Source: Eledone cirrhosa (taxonomy: Eukaryota). Taken from it: DNA of 64,000 bases. The notes beneath the pieces are model-generated. The model was given only the letters and a program-made list of their open reading frames with translations. It was not told the origin of the DNA and searched no databases. A program made the position numbers and the translations under genes. The stretch covers positions 84,196,001 through 84,260,000 of the forward strand of contig OZ024740.1 of NCBI GenBank assembly GCA_964016885.1, read 5' to 3'. Below are positions 1-13,462 of the stretch, one piece after another (positions within the stretch are counted from its first letter, which is position 1; each line of letters begins with the position of its first letter).

Positions 1-103
1 CAGCATCATAAGACGTTCTTCCTATTAGCTCTACCTGTGTTTCATAGTTTGCCTCAGACGTCTTCCGTGCACAAGTTACCTATTTAACGAAGTTCTATAT
101 ATT

Positions 104-274
104 AATTGTTTCTACTTATGGCACAAGGCCAGCAATTACCAGTGGATTACTGGTACTTTATTTTATCGACCCCGTAAGGATGAGAGGCGGGATTTGAACT
201 CAGTCCGTAAAGGGACGTAACTGTGCTGCAAAGCATGGCGTCCGACTCTCTACCGATACTACCAATCCACCGCC
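104..274 (-). mobile_element. tRNA-derived SINE, near full length
   Basis: Minus strand has an A-box-like TGGTAGTATCGG, B-box GAGTTCAAATCC and core ATCCTTACGGGGTCGATAAAATAAAGTACCAG; about 15 copies in the window. The core resembles the MetaSINE domain (from memory, not searched). Confidence 0.85.
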
Positions 275-937
275 TATATATTAATGACATACATTTACTT
301 ACGTGTAACATCCTGCAATCCTATATACGCACATGATAAATTTCCATCAATTCTAATTCGTTTAACCCACATATGAAACCTCAAAGTCTCACACCAAATT
401 AGTATTGCTTCTTTTCATTGCGATCTACAAAACATAATAGAATAGAAACATCATAGAATAGGCTAATTCAGCAATCTCTAATCAGAATAACAGCAGATAT
501 AAAACCGTCATTATTTTCTTTGATTACACGTCACTACGCATGAGCAACATCTCTAAATTAGGCCTCGCAGTCTATGTTATATTTTGTTTTTTATCTTCAA
601 TATTCGCAAAATTACATGTCAAAAACGATAAAAATACTCCAGCTTTGATCATTTGCAAACATTCAAATCAGAGCAAACGCGACCCACATAAGGTTATTTA
701 TTTTATTATCGGAAAAATGCGGCTGTTACACTCACACATCTCCGACATAATAAAACAATCACCTAGCTGAATACACACTCAGCAATATGTTGCAGCCATT
801 AAGAATCAGAAAGTGCTGACTGATTTATTTTTCACATCCATCGCAACAACTTACCTCTTTCATTCTCCCACCGTCATTTTCGTTGCATCTTTCAATTTTA
901 CCCGTGGGGTATATATTAAAAACCTTACTTTCGAATA

Positions 938-1017
<80 letters not shown>

Positions 1018-1195
1018 ATACTTGGGGAGGGTCATATTTGCGTAATATTGCCAGAATTAATAACGGAACACACATATATATATTAGTAAAAGGAAAAGAA
1101 AATGTTGACAAATTTTTCCCAGTGAAAAATAGTTTAATTAGGAATAAGTATAAATTAGTAATAAGTATTAGTTAGTATTCAGTTTTAGTTTTAAG

Positions 1196-1234
1196 TTCTT
1201 ACCGGTAGCGCATTTCTAATGCTTTTCAAAAATA
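1196..1234 (-). ncRNA. Degenerate minimal hammerhead motif, U3-A8 type
   Basis: Minus strand: TTT-TTGAAAA-GCATT aga AATGC-GCTA (instead of GAAA)-CCGG-TA-AGA. Same layout as the motif at 12564. Confidence 0.45.
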
Positions 1235-1286
1235 ATTTTGAGATAGAGCGCTCGTGATGTTTGCTGTAACTCGTGTGTTACACCTC

Positions 1287-1340
<54 letters not shown>

Positions 1341-1343
<3 letters not shown>

Positions 1344-1510
1344 GAAAAGGTGGAGAATAAAATAGTCAACAGTTCAAAACAGGGAACATAAATCTCCTTT
1401 TTTGTACTGTTGACCATGCTATTCTCCACTTTTTCAATTTTATTACGCCAAGATAAACTTACATAGGAATACAAGTGAAATCATAAACTCGTCATCTACG
1501 TAAACCTGAA
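1341..1510. mobile_element. Small fold-back insert next to (TA)n, PLE-like terminal remnant
   Basis: Imperfect inverted arms at about 1341-1379 and 1399-1438, followed by a short unique tail. Confidence 0.45.
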
Positions 1511-1531
1511 AAAATCTCACTTACTTCTATT

Positions 1532-1620
1532 TTCAGCAAACAAGGGGAGATAAGCTGGCAGAGCTCTGTTTCGTACTTGTTGGTACTTATCAAAGCTCAG
1601 CACTCCTCCTGTTTGCTGAA
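1532..1620 (-). ncRNA. Type I hammerhead, U3-A8 variant (inverted copy; triplet mutated to GCC)
   Basis: Minus strand: GAGCT-TTGATAA-GTAC caacaa GTAC-GAAA-CAGAGCTCTG-CC-AGCTT, with an extended stem I. Confidence 0.7.
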
Positions 1621-1847
1621 AATTATGAATGTTGGATTCTTATAGAATTCCAGTAATAATCAGGTCTTCAAAATGCTTTTAATTAAGCATACAGTGTATT
1701 CCAAGATACACTATATATACATTCATATATATATCGCTATTTCAGAGCACCAATTCTAATTTTAAATTTCTGCTTGACCGGCAACGGCTCTGTATAATCC
1801 GTTCCTGATTATAACTGGAATTCTATAAGAATCTAACATTCATAATT

Positions 1848-1936
1848 TTCAGCAAACAGGAGGAGTGCTGAGCTTTGATAAGTACCAACAAGAACGAAAC
1901 ATAGCTGTGTCAGCTTATCTCCCCTTGTTTGCTGAA
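1848..1936 (+). ncRNA. Type I hammerhead ribozyme, U3-A8 core variant with extended stem I
   Basis: AGCT-TTGATAA(1875-1881)-GTAC caacaa GAAC-GAAA-CATAGCTGTG-TC-AGCT; distal stem I TTCAGCAAACA/TGTTTGCTGAA; followed by ATTAAA and GTAAGT. Confidence 0.8.
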
Positions 1937-2044
1937 CATTAAAGTAAGTGAGACTGTCACTACTCTAAATCAATAGCGTAAGGTCTTCAAAATGCTTTTA
2001 ATTAAGCATACAGTGTATTGCAAAATATATACACTATATATACA

Positions 2045-2081
<37 letters not shown>

Positions 2082-2125
2082 AAGTTAAATAAAAGTCAAA
2101 TGATTAAAATTTAGCTTCGTTTATT

Positions 2126-2180
2126 ACTGCTATATATATTTCAGTGACAGCCATCTTTGGCTGTGACCTCTTCAGGCAGT
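2126..2180 (-). ncRNA. Minimal type I hammerhead in the inverted pLTR of PLE1
   Basis: Reverse complement of the motif at 5591-5645. Confidence 0.85.
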
Positions 2181-2435
2181 TTGAATTAGTATGGTATAGA
2201 CAAGTACATATGTTGTTGCGGTGTACAATATTGTCAATACTCTGATATGCCCAGTTCCTTGTTGGGTTGTTAATTCACTGAGGAACTGGAGTCATATGAA
2301 TTCAAACAAACGAATTTCAGTGTCACAGGTCCCCTTCTCCTCTCATTGGTCAGTTATTAGAACATTCCTCATTCTAAGTGTTGTTATTGTTGGAGTTAGC
2401 TTAAAAATTGTTAAAATGGTAGAAGGGACAAGGTG

Positions 2436-2599
2436 TTAAAGGAACAAAATAACAAAAAAAGACCTTAATCCGCTTAAAGGAACAAAAAAGACCTTAATCC
2501 GCTTAAAGGAACAAAAAAAAACCTTAATCCGCTTAAAGGAACAAAAAAACCTTAATCCGCTTAAAGGAACAAAATAACAAAAAAGACCTTAATCCGCTT
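2436..2599 (+). repeat. Five-fold stutter of the inverted-pLTR/ORF junction
   Basis: TTAAAGGAACAAAA..(G)ACCTTAATCCGC repeated five times, unit 28-37 bp. Confidence 0.9.
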
Positions 2600-4373
2600 C
2601 GATGGAGACCTTTGGACCAGGAGTGATTGGCCAAATAACTTTGACATCACGATGGGCTCCAGCGACTCAGCGCAGGTAACGGACCTGGTTGGGCTCTACC
2701 TGCTGAAGCAGATAAAAGATGAAATCCCCTGCCTGGGCGGCGGATTATATCGTGACGATGCTCTATTCACAGTACATGACCACAGCACCAATATGTTGGA
2801 GGGTATGAGGAGGCGTATTCGCCATTTCTTTAAGAACCAGGGGCTCAGCATAGAAATAGACACAAATAGGAAGGTAGTTAACTTCCTAGACACCACCCTA
2901 AACCTGAACACCGAGCAATACTACCCCTACCACAAGCCCAACGAGAAACTCGTATATGTTAACGCCAAATCAAACCACCCTAGATCCATAACCAAGGCAG
3001 TGGTGAAGAGTGTCTCGGACAGGATCTCCAGCCTGTCCGCAAGTAAGGAAATATTCAACAACCACGCGGAATATTACAACGCAGCTCTAAAGAAGGCGGC
3101 ACATGGACAAAATATAACATATAGTCCGAAAAGCCGGGAGGTGGATAGCCCAACAGACACCCACAACCGCGTTGCCAGAGGGGGAGGGCGAACCCTAACA
3201 ATACAGGCAGAGCAGAATCAAATAGGCACCATGTACCAGACACCACCACACGGGCGGTGGGGACTAGTGCGCTTGACCACGATATGGAGCACAATATGAG
3301 TAGCAGTCTCAGGCGTGACGCTAACTACCCCAGGACGGACAACCCCAACCGCAGGACACGTGGGGGGGAGGAAACAGGCGACCACCCCACGATGGATCTC
3401 CCGGGGCGGACAACAACCACCCCACAAATCCGGGCCGCGAAGATAACCAAAAGTATAGAGCCCAAAAGGGAAGCAACAGTGCGGAAACCACCAGCAACCC
3501 AACAAAGCTCCAACAAATCACGAAGCCCCCAACCCACATATATAGGAGGAGACACCGACAAATCACGTGGTACAACCCACCCTACTCAGCGGCCCTAAAG
3601 AAAAGCTTGACCCGATTATTCTTTGGAGCACTTGACAAATGCTTCCCGAGGGACCACAGATACCACAGGATCTTCAACAGAGACACTGTGAAGCTTTCGT
3701 ATTCCACCACGAGAAATTTGGCCCAACACATAGCTAGCATCAACAGACGTAGGCTTAAAAACCACACACAACCAGAAGATGGCAATACAAACACTCAGCA
3801 GAACCATGTGAAAGGAGGGAAGGGGGACCCAGAGCCCTCCCAAGAAACACAAACAGACCCAAGGACCCCCCACCGAGAATGGAGGAAGACCACATGTAAC
3901 ACATAATGAGAACCCTAATCTAGGCACGCAGAGGCCCACCACCCTCTGCAACTGCAGAAACCCCGAATCATGCCCCCTTGGTAATGAATGTCTCAAGAAG
4001 AACCTAGTGTACGGTTGTAGGGTTAAAACCCCCCAACTCCGAACACCTTTACATAGGAGCCACATCAACGAGCTTTAAGGACCGCTGGTACAACCATCGC
4101 CATTCATTCAAGAAGGAGGCCAAAAGGAAAAGCACAGCTCTCTCCGACCTGATCTGGAAGTTTAAGCTGGACAGGACCCCATACTCTCTGGCCTGGCACA
4201 TAATCAGGAAAGTACCACCCGATAAAGGGGGATCTTGCATATGCAAACTATGCCTGAACGAGACCCTCGAGATACTAAGAGGTGGAAGCGGCCTGATAAA
4301 CCTCAGAACCGACTTCTTCGGGACATGCAGACACCTTAGAGCCGGGACCTTTCTCAAGATATATGGACAGTAG
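2586..4373 (+). pseudogene. PLE RT + GIY-YIG endonuclease, frameshifted and 5'-truncated
   Basis: FDITMGSSDSAQVTDLVGLY, GGLYRDD, VNFLD, YHKPN..SNHP, WYNPPYS, IFNRDTVKLSYS, CNCRNPESCPLGNEC, VYGC..YIGAT..FKDRWYNH, CKLCLNE..TCRH. Confidence 0.92.
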
Positions 4374-5590
4374 CAACACAAGAAGATGTGAACTCCCCTC
4401 AAGCTATAGGGACTTCTACAGAACATGAAAACACCTCTCGGCCAGACCTCCCTCAAGCTATATGGGCAATAACAACACCCTAGGTTGTGAACTCCCATCA
4501 AGCCACAGGGAACAACCCAGGCGGAGCAGACACCATGATAGCCTAGAGATAGAATCGGACACAGCCATAATAATTTGGCCAACATCTATAACACAAACAC
4601 TTTTAATTTACCAGATTTCTGACTTTCAAGTTCCAATCTTAAATCTTGATTTCTCTTTATTAATTTGTTATTTGTTTTCTGCCCTCTTCACTGTATCACC
4701 TTATATTTATTTAAAGTTGAGATAGATTATAACACAAACACATTGAATATCTCATCTTAACATCTTGTCTCATACCAATCTATCCAACATATTCTGACCT
4801 TGAGATTGGTTATAGCACACACACACACACTTTATCCTACATTATTTCTCACTTCTCCATATACATTATCATTACTTTTTCACCAATCTCTCATTTACTC
4901 TTTATTCTTTATTCTCTATTTATTTATTTATTTTCAAATTACACAAATTATATTAATTATTTTATTATATTATTTATTTATTCTCTATTTTCTGTTTTCT
5001 TCATTTATTGCCTTATATTTCTTCATATACATGAAATACCCCCACCACCACCACCACCACCACCACCACCACCACTACGATGGTGGCGGGAGGGACGAAG
5101 AAAAAACATAAACTGGATACTTCTAAATTGTTAGCAGCAGTAAGATATAAGCTGACCACTACAACAACAACAGTACCAAAATAATGGTCGAGGTCAAATG
5201 TACTGAACAATAGCAGGCAAAAACACTACAGGGAGCCTCACCCCAGAAAGAATTCTATAGACTTCTGACTGAGGAATGCTCTCAGAACTGAACAATGGGA
5301 AGTTTGACAGTTTTTTTGTTATTTTGTTCCTTTAACACCTTGTCCCTTCTACCATTTTATCAATTTTTAAGCTAACTCCAACAATAACAACACTTAGAAT
5401 GAGGAATGTTCTAATAACTGACCAATGAGAGGAGAAGGGGACCTGTGACACTGAAATTCGTTTGTTTGAATTCATATGACTCCAGTTCCTCAGTGAATTA
5501 ACAACCCAACAAGGAACTGGGCATATCAGAGTATTGACAATATTGTACACCGCAACAACATATGTACTTGTCTATACCATACTAATTCAA

Positions 5591-5645
5591 ACTGCCTGAA
5601 GAGGTCACAGCCAAAGATGGCTGTCACTGAAATATATATAGCAGT
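5591..5645 (+). ncRNA. Minimal type I hammerhead in the 3' pLTR of PLE1
   Basis: ACTGC-CTGAAGA-GGTCACAGCCA aaga TGGCTGTCACT-GAAA-TATATA-TA-GCAGT; predicted cleavage after 5640 (AUA). Confidence 0.9.
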
Positions 5646-5791
5646 AGTAAACGAAGCTAAATTTTAATCATTTGACTTTTATTTAACTTTATTTTACACT
5701 ACTCCGGAGTAACCAAACCAACCTGCGCACTTCGTCGAGTGCTCCAGCCTGCATACTGAGGTGTTGGTATACAACCAACATAAACTCAAAA

Positions 5792-5911
<120 letters not shown>

Positions 5912-5996
5912 ATATGAAGTTGGAAATAGCACGGAAAATATAATTTAGAGTTTGTTTTTCTTTTTTCCTTTTTTTTTATTCGTCAAAGTGACATTA

Positions 5997-6178
5997 TTAG
6001 TATCGGTAGAGGGTCGGACGCTACGCTTTGACGTATAGAGTTACGGCCCTTGACATTCTGAGTTCAAATTTCGCCGAGGTTAACTTTGCCTTTCATCCTT
6101 ACGGGCTCGATAAAATAAAGTACCAGTAATTCACTGGTTATTGCTGGCCTTGTGCCTAACGCAGAAAGAATTATTATT
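5997..6178 (+). mobile_element. tRNA-derived SINE
   Basis: GAGTTCAAAT B-box and GCCTTTCATCCTTACGGG..GATAAAATAAAGTACCAG core. Confidence 0.85.
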
Positions 6179-6244
6179 GAAAAAATAAGAGGGATAATTC
6201 TTATTTTTCATATATATATAGAGAGAGGGGGGGGGGCGAGAGCG

Positions 6245-6306
6245 AGAAGAAGAAGAAGAAGAAGAAGAAGAAGAAGAAGAAGAAGAAGAAGAAGAAGAAG
6301 AAGAAG

Positions 6307-6336
<30 letters not shown>
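6245..6336. repeat. (GAA)n microsatellite
   Basis: About 30 perfect units. Confidence 0.95.
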
Positions 6337-6337
<1 letters not shown>

Positions 6338-6488
6338 CTTGTTGCTTTATTCTTGTTTTATGTATTACAGTATTTTTGCTAATGTCCATTTTATGATCAG
6401 CGACTTCCAATATACCCAGAAACAGATCTAACATCAAAGTGACCAAAAGTTATCCACCTCTTCCGAATTGTTTAATTCATATATACAT

Positions 6489-6683
6489 CAGACCTGCCAA
6501 CCTCTAAAACCCCAATCGGGGAGTACCATGAAAAATGAAAAAAAGGCCCCCAAAACGGGAAGAAATAGGGCAAAAGGGGAGATTTTACATAATGAAAGCT
6601 TTACCCATTTTCACAAGAGAAAACATCTCTCCCCCACCCCAAATTGGGTGGGGGATCTCTCCGTTGGATTTGGAAAGTTGGCA
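6489..6683. mobile_element. Possible hAT-type MITE
   Basis: Starts CAGACCTGCCAACC and ends with a partial inverted GTTGGCA; no TSD recognised. Confidence 0.4.
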
Positions 6684-7090
6684 CAAACATACACACATAT
6701 ATACATATATACATGTGTGTGAGTGTGTGTGTGTGTTAATATCTATATTCTAACAGATTGTATGCACTATATGTTTCTTTTCTTTTAATTTGCCAACAAT
6801 CATGTACCAACAATCATATTTTGTGTGCTCCATATGGTTCAGAAATTTTAACACCTTTACATTATGAGGTTATTTTTTTTATCCGCCAATATCTTGATTA
6901 TATGCAACAAAAGACATGGAAGACAAGTGTGTTATTAGGTTCACTCATGTGTGAAATGAAGATGTGTCTTCAATATTTGATCAAAATCCGTACATATCTT
7001 TTAAGTCTCTAACTTAATTTATCGACTACATTACCTCATGAACACATATGCATATATACAAACGTACAGACAGACAGAAACATTAATGCA

Positions 7091-7157
<67 letters not shown>

Positions 7158-7589
7158 TCAAAACACAGACACACACACACACACAGACATACACGTGGAA
7201 TCACATACGAACTTCCTGTCACATTTTTTACCTCAGTCAGAATTTTCAATTGCTGTTATCGGAAAATAATTTATTATCATATTCGTCAGGTTGTGTACAT
7301 CAAAATTGCATCATCGTGTCATATAACATGTTCTCCTGCTTTTTCTAGAACCTTCTTCAGACATACAGATTCCCATTCTCCGTTCTGTCCTGGAGAGTAT
7401 TCCATACATACATATTTCCACCTTATATCATGCATCTGGTTCTGATTATTTTCATTATCATTGGGCATGTATTACCCGAGTGCAACTGGAGGTTAGTAGA
7501 CTTCAGAAATACATATATCCTATCATATTATCAACAGTGATACAGCCACGTCAACAGGCGGGTGAGTACACTAGATGTCAATGCATAAT

Positions 7590-8228
7590 CTTTACTTTAT
7601 CGCATCTCAACATTCACTATGTCGCTCTGTGTTACATCCTAAATTACTCTCAAGATTTCGTGAAAGGTACTTGAAAGATTCAGTCCTTATAACAATGTTA
7701 CCAAGAAAAGTTGTGTCTGCGTCAGTGAAACATTTGGAATATTACCATGTTTGTCGTCTTCGAGCAATAATTATTTGAACTCAAAGAACGCATTTTTAGA
7801 GGATGTTTACATCTCATACGCCCACACCATGCTAAGTGGGAATAGTCAATAAATTCAACAGATTTTCGACTACCTTAATATTGCTTTATACACTTTCTAT
7901 ATAACTTTTCTTTTTCCACACCTACATAATATGGTACATCTTCTATACTATTCAACTCCATTCCTTAATAAATATCCATGCCATGGCATAAAACTATATA
8001 CCACAACATAAAACTAAACATCGCTTTATGGTTCACACTCTAATACGAGTACACATACTTTATCATTTCATTTCCATTTGTCTTCATAATGAAACGTATA
8101 ACACGCTACATTTGTAACAATATCTTCAAACTCATTCATGCAGCTGAAGACTAGGCCAAACACTTGGGATATCATCAAAGTTGGGTCTTGAAACCTTAGG
8201 TAACGTTTTTGTTAAATAAATAAAATAT
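7590..8228 (+). mobile_element. Old PLE 3' remnant (GIY-YIG C-terminus, 3' UTR, HHR-like motif)
   Basis: Translates KVLERFSPYNNVTKKSCVCVSETFGIL..LNSKN. CTGAAGA(8144)..GAAA-CCTTAGG-TA(8202) followed by AATAAA; stem I is poorly paired. Confidence 0.6.
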
Positions 8229-8289
8229 CAGCTCTCATACCAGATTGAGCACATTTTTCTTTTTCCTTTTTCACTTCTTCTTCGCCCAC

Positions 8290-8765
8290 TTATTCCTGAG
8301 AGTGTCACGGGGGAAGAGCCCTCAAACAATCCATTCCTTTCAGCGTGTCCTGTTAGAATCAACCGTCTGATCTGGCTGGATGTCCAAGCGTGACCAGTCA
8401 AGCGCATGGATATTATCCAACCATCTTGCTTGGGGTCTACCACTGAGTCTCTTGTCGGTTGGTTTTGCCCGTAAAATCTGTCCAACGATTCTTTCCTGAG
8501 ACATTCTAATTACATGTCCATAGTATCGGAGGGGTGATCTCTCAATTTGAAGAAGCAACAGCTCAACATGCATTGACTCACTGATCTCCGAGCTGCGCAC
8601 TCTATCGAGTAACGGTACTCGAAAGAACCTTCGGAGGAACCCCATTTCGGCCGCTTGCTTTCGCGATCGCTTCATGGCCATAGGCAATGGTTGGCACGAA
8701 GATGGAATTGTATATAGGGAGTTTGGCTTTTACGCCTACCTTCTCATTACGGAATGCTGGAGCTG
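8290..8765 (-). mobile_element. RTE-clade LINE 3' fragment
   Basis: QAAEMGFLRR..LDRVRSSEI..IERSPLRYYGHVIRM..GRPQARWLD, a typical RTE RT C-terminus. Confidence 0.8.
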
Positions 8766-8809
8766 AGGCATTACTAGGTAAAGTAATTAAAACAAAAATA
8801 GTGCTCTCA

Positions 8810-9350
8810 CTAATTGATTAATGGTTTAATTGATTCATTCATTGAGTAAGCATTATAATTGATAGGTACCTTTATATATACATCTATATACTTACGTATA
8901 TATTTATGTATGTACCTGCAATTATTTGTTATATACTCCCTACACAGTCGAGTGAAAAATGTTAAAACCAACTGCTATTTCTAGCGCACTCTTTTGCTAA
9001 CCAACAGTCAATTTATTACTTCCCTTCTTATGATCAATATACCATCTGACGGTTGTCCCTTACAAAAAACACATCGCTGGTACTAGTCACTCAAAATCTG
9101 GGTATGAGACGATTCACCAATGAATCCCATTCTCCTAGCCTTATATGGTAAATTATTGGAATATTTAGCCTGGTCATAAGGACGAAACTGCAATCGGAAT
9201 CAAGAAGTATTTTGAGGAATGATGTTTGTCTTAATTACTTTACCTATCAATAATTTTATGATGTTCTGACTAATTGGTTTATGATTTATTTAATTCATTC
9301 ATTGAGCAAAAGTTGTAATTGATCGCTACCTTTATATATATCTATATACT

Positions 9351-9360
<10 letters not shown>
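8810..9360 (+). mobile_element. ORF-less partial tandem (about 460 bp period) with a decayed long-stem-II HHR
   Basis: Direct repeats at about 8810-8900 and 9270-9360; GATTCA-CCAATGA-..-GAAA-CTGCAA-TC-GGAATC at 9111-9201. Confidence 0.5.
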
Positions 9361-9410
<50 letters not shown>

Positions 9411-9415
<5 letters not shown>

Positions 9416-10020
9416 TAGCGAGGTTTTTATATGAAATCGTGTGTCGAAACAGATATTGTTATACTTGGGGAGGGTCATGTTTGCGTAATATTGCCTGAAT
9501 TAATAACAGAACACACTCACTGTTTGGTTGGTTTTCGCTTCTCGCTGTCTTTTATATCTGCGATCTAACTTACTCGGTCCTCAATGTTGCCATTGACTGA
9601 CCGACGGTCAAAAATAATACAGATACAATATAGACACAAACACATATATATAGTTTACATAATTTACATAAATCTTTCGTTGCACATCTGCAACATCGTC
9701 AGTGGTGTTATATTTTTTTTTTCCTCCTGTTGTGTTGTATGTCTACGCCATTTTTTATTCAGTCTGTCTATATATTTATTTATTTATTTGCTTGTTTGTT
9801 TATTTTATTTTGTCTTCTTTGCGCATGCGTTTGCGTGTGTGTATAGTGTTATGTGTGCTGTGTGACTAGTATGTATAGTGTTGTGTCTGCTGGGTGACTA
9901 GTGTGTGTTTATGTGCTTGTTGTTATTGTGCTTGTGTATGTATTTATTTATCAGTGAGTGTGTTCTGTTATTAATTCAGGCAATATTACGCAAATATGAC
10001 CCTCCCCAAGTATAACAATA
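9411..10020 (-). mobile_element. ORF-less PLE-type insert with inverted terminus in (TA)n
   Basis: Inverted arms at about 9454-9522 and 9952-10020; a third copy of the arm at 1011-1075; (TA)n flanks. Confidence 0.6.
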
Positions 10021-10186
10021 TATATATATATATATATATATATTTATTAAAATATCAGATTAAAGTTTAAGCAAAGAATCGGTGCTTTCACCCTGAACGG
10101 AATTTTCTGAAATATATATCTTTTGATATATATTTATCCTTATCAAGCCCTCTTTGGATTTTAGTCTTCAAATTTATTATTATTAC

Positions 10187-10533
<347 letters not shown>

Positions 10534-10595
10534 TATTTTCTTTTGCAATATATATACAGATGTGTTGGTATCTGTGTTTCATCACATACATATTA

Positions 10596-10697
<102 letters not shown>

Positions 10698-10700
10698 ATA

Positions 10701-11490
10701 TCAACTAGAAATTGATTGACATGTATATATATTTCAAATAAACATATGAAACAATCCCAGGGGATAATTTGTAAAGTGTGTAAGCACACATAGCTAGGTA
10801 GGTAACTAATTAAAGTTTAACTAGAGCTTCAAATATTACCTTTTAAAAAATGATTAATCTTCCTTGTATATATTTCGTTAAAGAAATATATTTCACCATT
10901 AATCCGTAAAGTCGCAGCAGCCATCGCATCTTCAGCAAGGGAGAAGATTTAACTAACAAATGCAAATCTGCGAGTGACTCATCGTACGCGTTGCAATTCT
11001 AAAACTACTAACAACATGCTAGCGTCATCTCAGTGGCCTGAATAGGATGATAGACAGCTATAAATAGCAGCCGAGTCCTTTCAACTGAGTTAGCTCTACA
11101 ATTAAGGAGCCGTGTGTATATCCAAAATTAATTTAATTAAATTAAGTTAAGGGAGTCATGCGCCATATCCACCGTAGAATAAGCTCAAATATTCCAATGA
11201 ATAGATCCGAGAATTTTATATCAACTACAAATTGATTGCTATATATATATATATTTAAAATAGACACATGAAACAATCCCAGGGGATAATTTGTAAAGTG
11301 TGTCATCACACATAGCTAGGTAGGTAACTAATTGAAGTTTAACTAGAGCTTCAAATATTACCTTTCAAAAAATGATTAATCTTCCTTGTATATATTTCGT
11401 TAAAGAAATATATTTCAACTGAGTTAGCTCTACAATTAAGGAGCGGTGTGTATATCCAAAATTAAATAAAATTTAGGGAGTCATGTCCGA

Positions 11491-11492
<2 letters not shown>
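10701..11492 (-). mobile_element. ORF-less partial tandem (about 520 bp period) with HHR motif
   Basis: Direct repeats 10701-10895 and 11220-11415; related inverted copy at about 17045-17390; (TA)n flanks. Confidence 0.7.
10856..10949 (-). ncRNA. Type I hammerhead candidate with a 52-nt stem II region
   Basis: Minus strand: AATCTTCTC CCTTG-CTGAAGA-(52 nt)-GAAA-TATA-TA-CAAGG AAGATT. Core and stem I are intact; pairing at the base of stem II is not evident. Confidence 0.6.
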
Positions 11493-11536
<44 letters not shown>

Positions 11537-11538
<2 letters not shown>

Positions 11539-11681
11539 AAAAGAGTTAGGACCGTGACGACTGGGCTCCGGCCGTTTCGATAGCTAGCTGTCGAAACGGC
11601 AGGTGCTCATCCGTCGGGGTGCTGACTCTTTTCCTATTACCCACTCTACTATGGTCCACCTGGTATCTTACCACACCTTTG
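11537..11681 (+). mobile_element. Palindromic half-hammerhead insert (family P), copy 2
   Basis: Arms around the centre TTTCGATAGCTAGCTGTCGAAA; tail CCTATTACCCACTCTACTA..TGGTCCACCTGG shared with the other copies. Confidence 0.7.
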
Positions 11682-11689
11682 ATATATAC

Positions 11690-11737
<48 letters not shown>

Positions 11738-11740
11738 AAG

Positions 11741-12740
<1,000 letters not shown>

Positions 12741-12809
12741 ATATATGTCCCAAGGCTCTGATACCATCAACACCATAAATACAGAGCTGGCATATCTAAG
12801 AACTGACTA

Positions 12810-12865
12810 ACTGCCTGATAAGGTCATGGCCATTCAATGGCTATCATCGAAATATATATAGCAGT
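12810..12865 (+). ncRNA. Minimal hammerhead related to that of PLE1 (C3/A8 mismatch)
   Basis: ACTGC-CTGATAA-GGTCATGGCCAT tca ATGGCTATCATC-GAAA-TATATA-TA-GCAGT-AAATAAA, in an insert of about 165 bp between TA runs. Confidence 0.7.
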
Positions 12866-12916
12866 AAATAAAGGATTATGACTTCATACAATTGACTTGT
12901 TTCGTCACTATATATA

Positions 12917-13322
12917 TGGTGGCTGCCAACTCGTTTTCGAGTACGGCCACTACTTTATATCCATGTAGGAGAACCCCTACCGATGCGCTGAACGAGTGTG
13001 ACTTTTTAGTCCAGCCAGCGACTTGAAAACTCTGGTACAAACACTACACTTGTGACAATTACTGACACAGTGCTGGGCCCATGGTACCATGTGACGACAA
13101 GTGCAGAGAGATCTCCAGATATAAAGCAATGCCTGTGCCGTGAAGCTTTTATAGTGAGAAAAAGCACTGCACAAAGCCAGTTCCACTCTCTTAACCAAGA
13201 TGATATTTACCAAAAAGAAGAACAAGTCAACATCATTGGATACCATCAGGGTTGCAGGTGTTATATCAGAGTTTTCCTTCTCCTATAATTCTGCCTTGAC
13301 AAAGGCTAAGGGGTCATCTCTC
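12917..13322 (-). mobile_element. Non-autonomous RTE-derived repeat, second copy at 46679-47086
   Basis: About 405 bp, highly similar in both copies; encodes a C2H2-like CSVCTRVFKSLAGLKSHTRSAH as at RTE C-termini. Confidence 0.7.
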
Positions 13323-13361
13323 ACTATATATATATATATATATACATGTATATACATATAC

Positions 13362-13462
<101 letters not shown>

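Larger units (their letters stand above)
1515..2050 (+). mobile_element. ORF-less PLE-type insert with inverted pLTR copy and hammerheads
   Basis: Inverted arms 1515-1664 and 1804-1953, direct repeat 1662-1735/1981-2050, ends in (TA)n; each arm carries an HHR. Confidence 0.7.

Noticed and set aside
2221-2439. Nearly identical 72-aa ORFs at 2221 (+) and 5332 (-)
   Set aside because: By-product of the inverted pLTR; no ATG start and no known motif.
2436-2599. CRISPR-like short repeat array
   Set aside because: No unique spacers, eukaryotic context and no cas genes; it is a junction stutter.
9560-9600. Minus-strand TTGAGGA-CCGA..TCG as a hammerhead
   Set aside because: No following GAAA, stem III or stem I.
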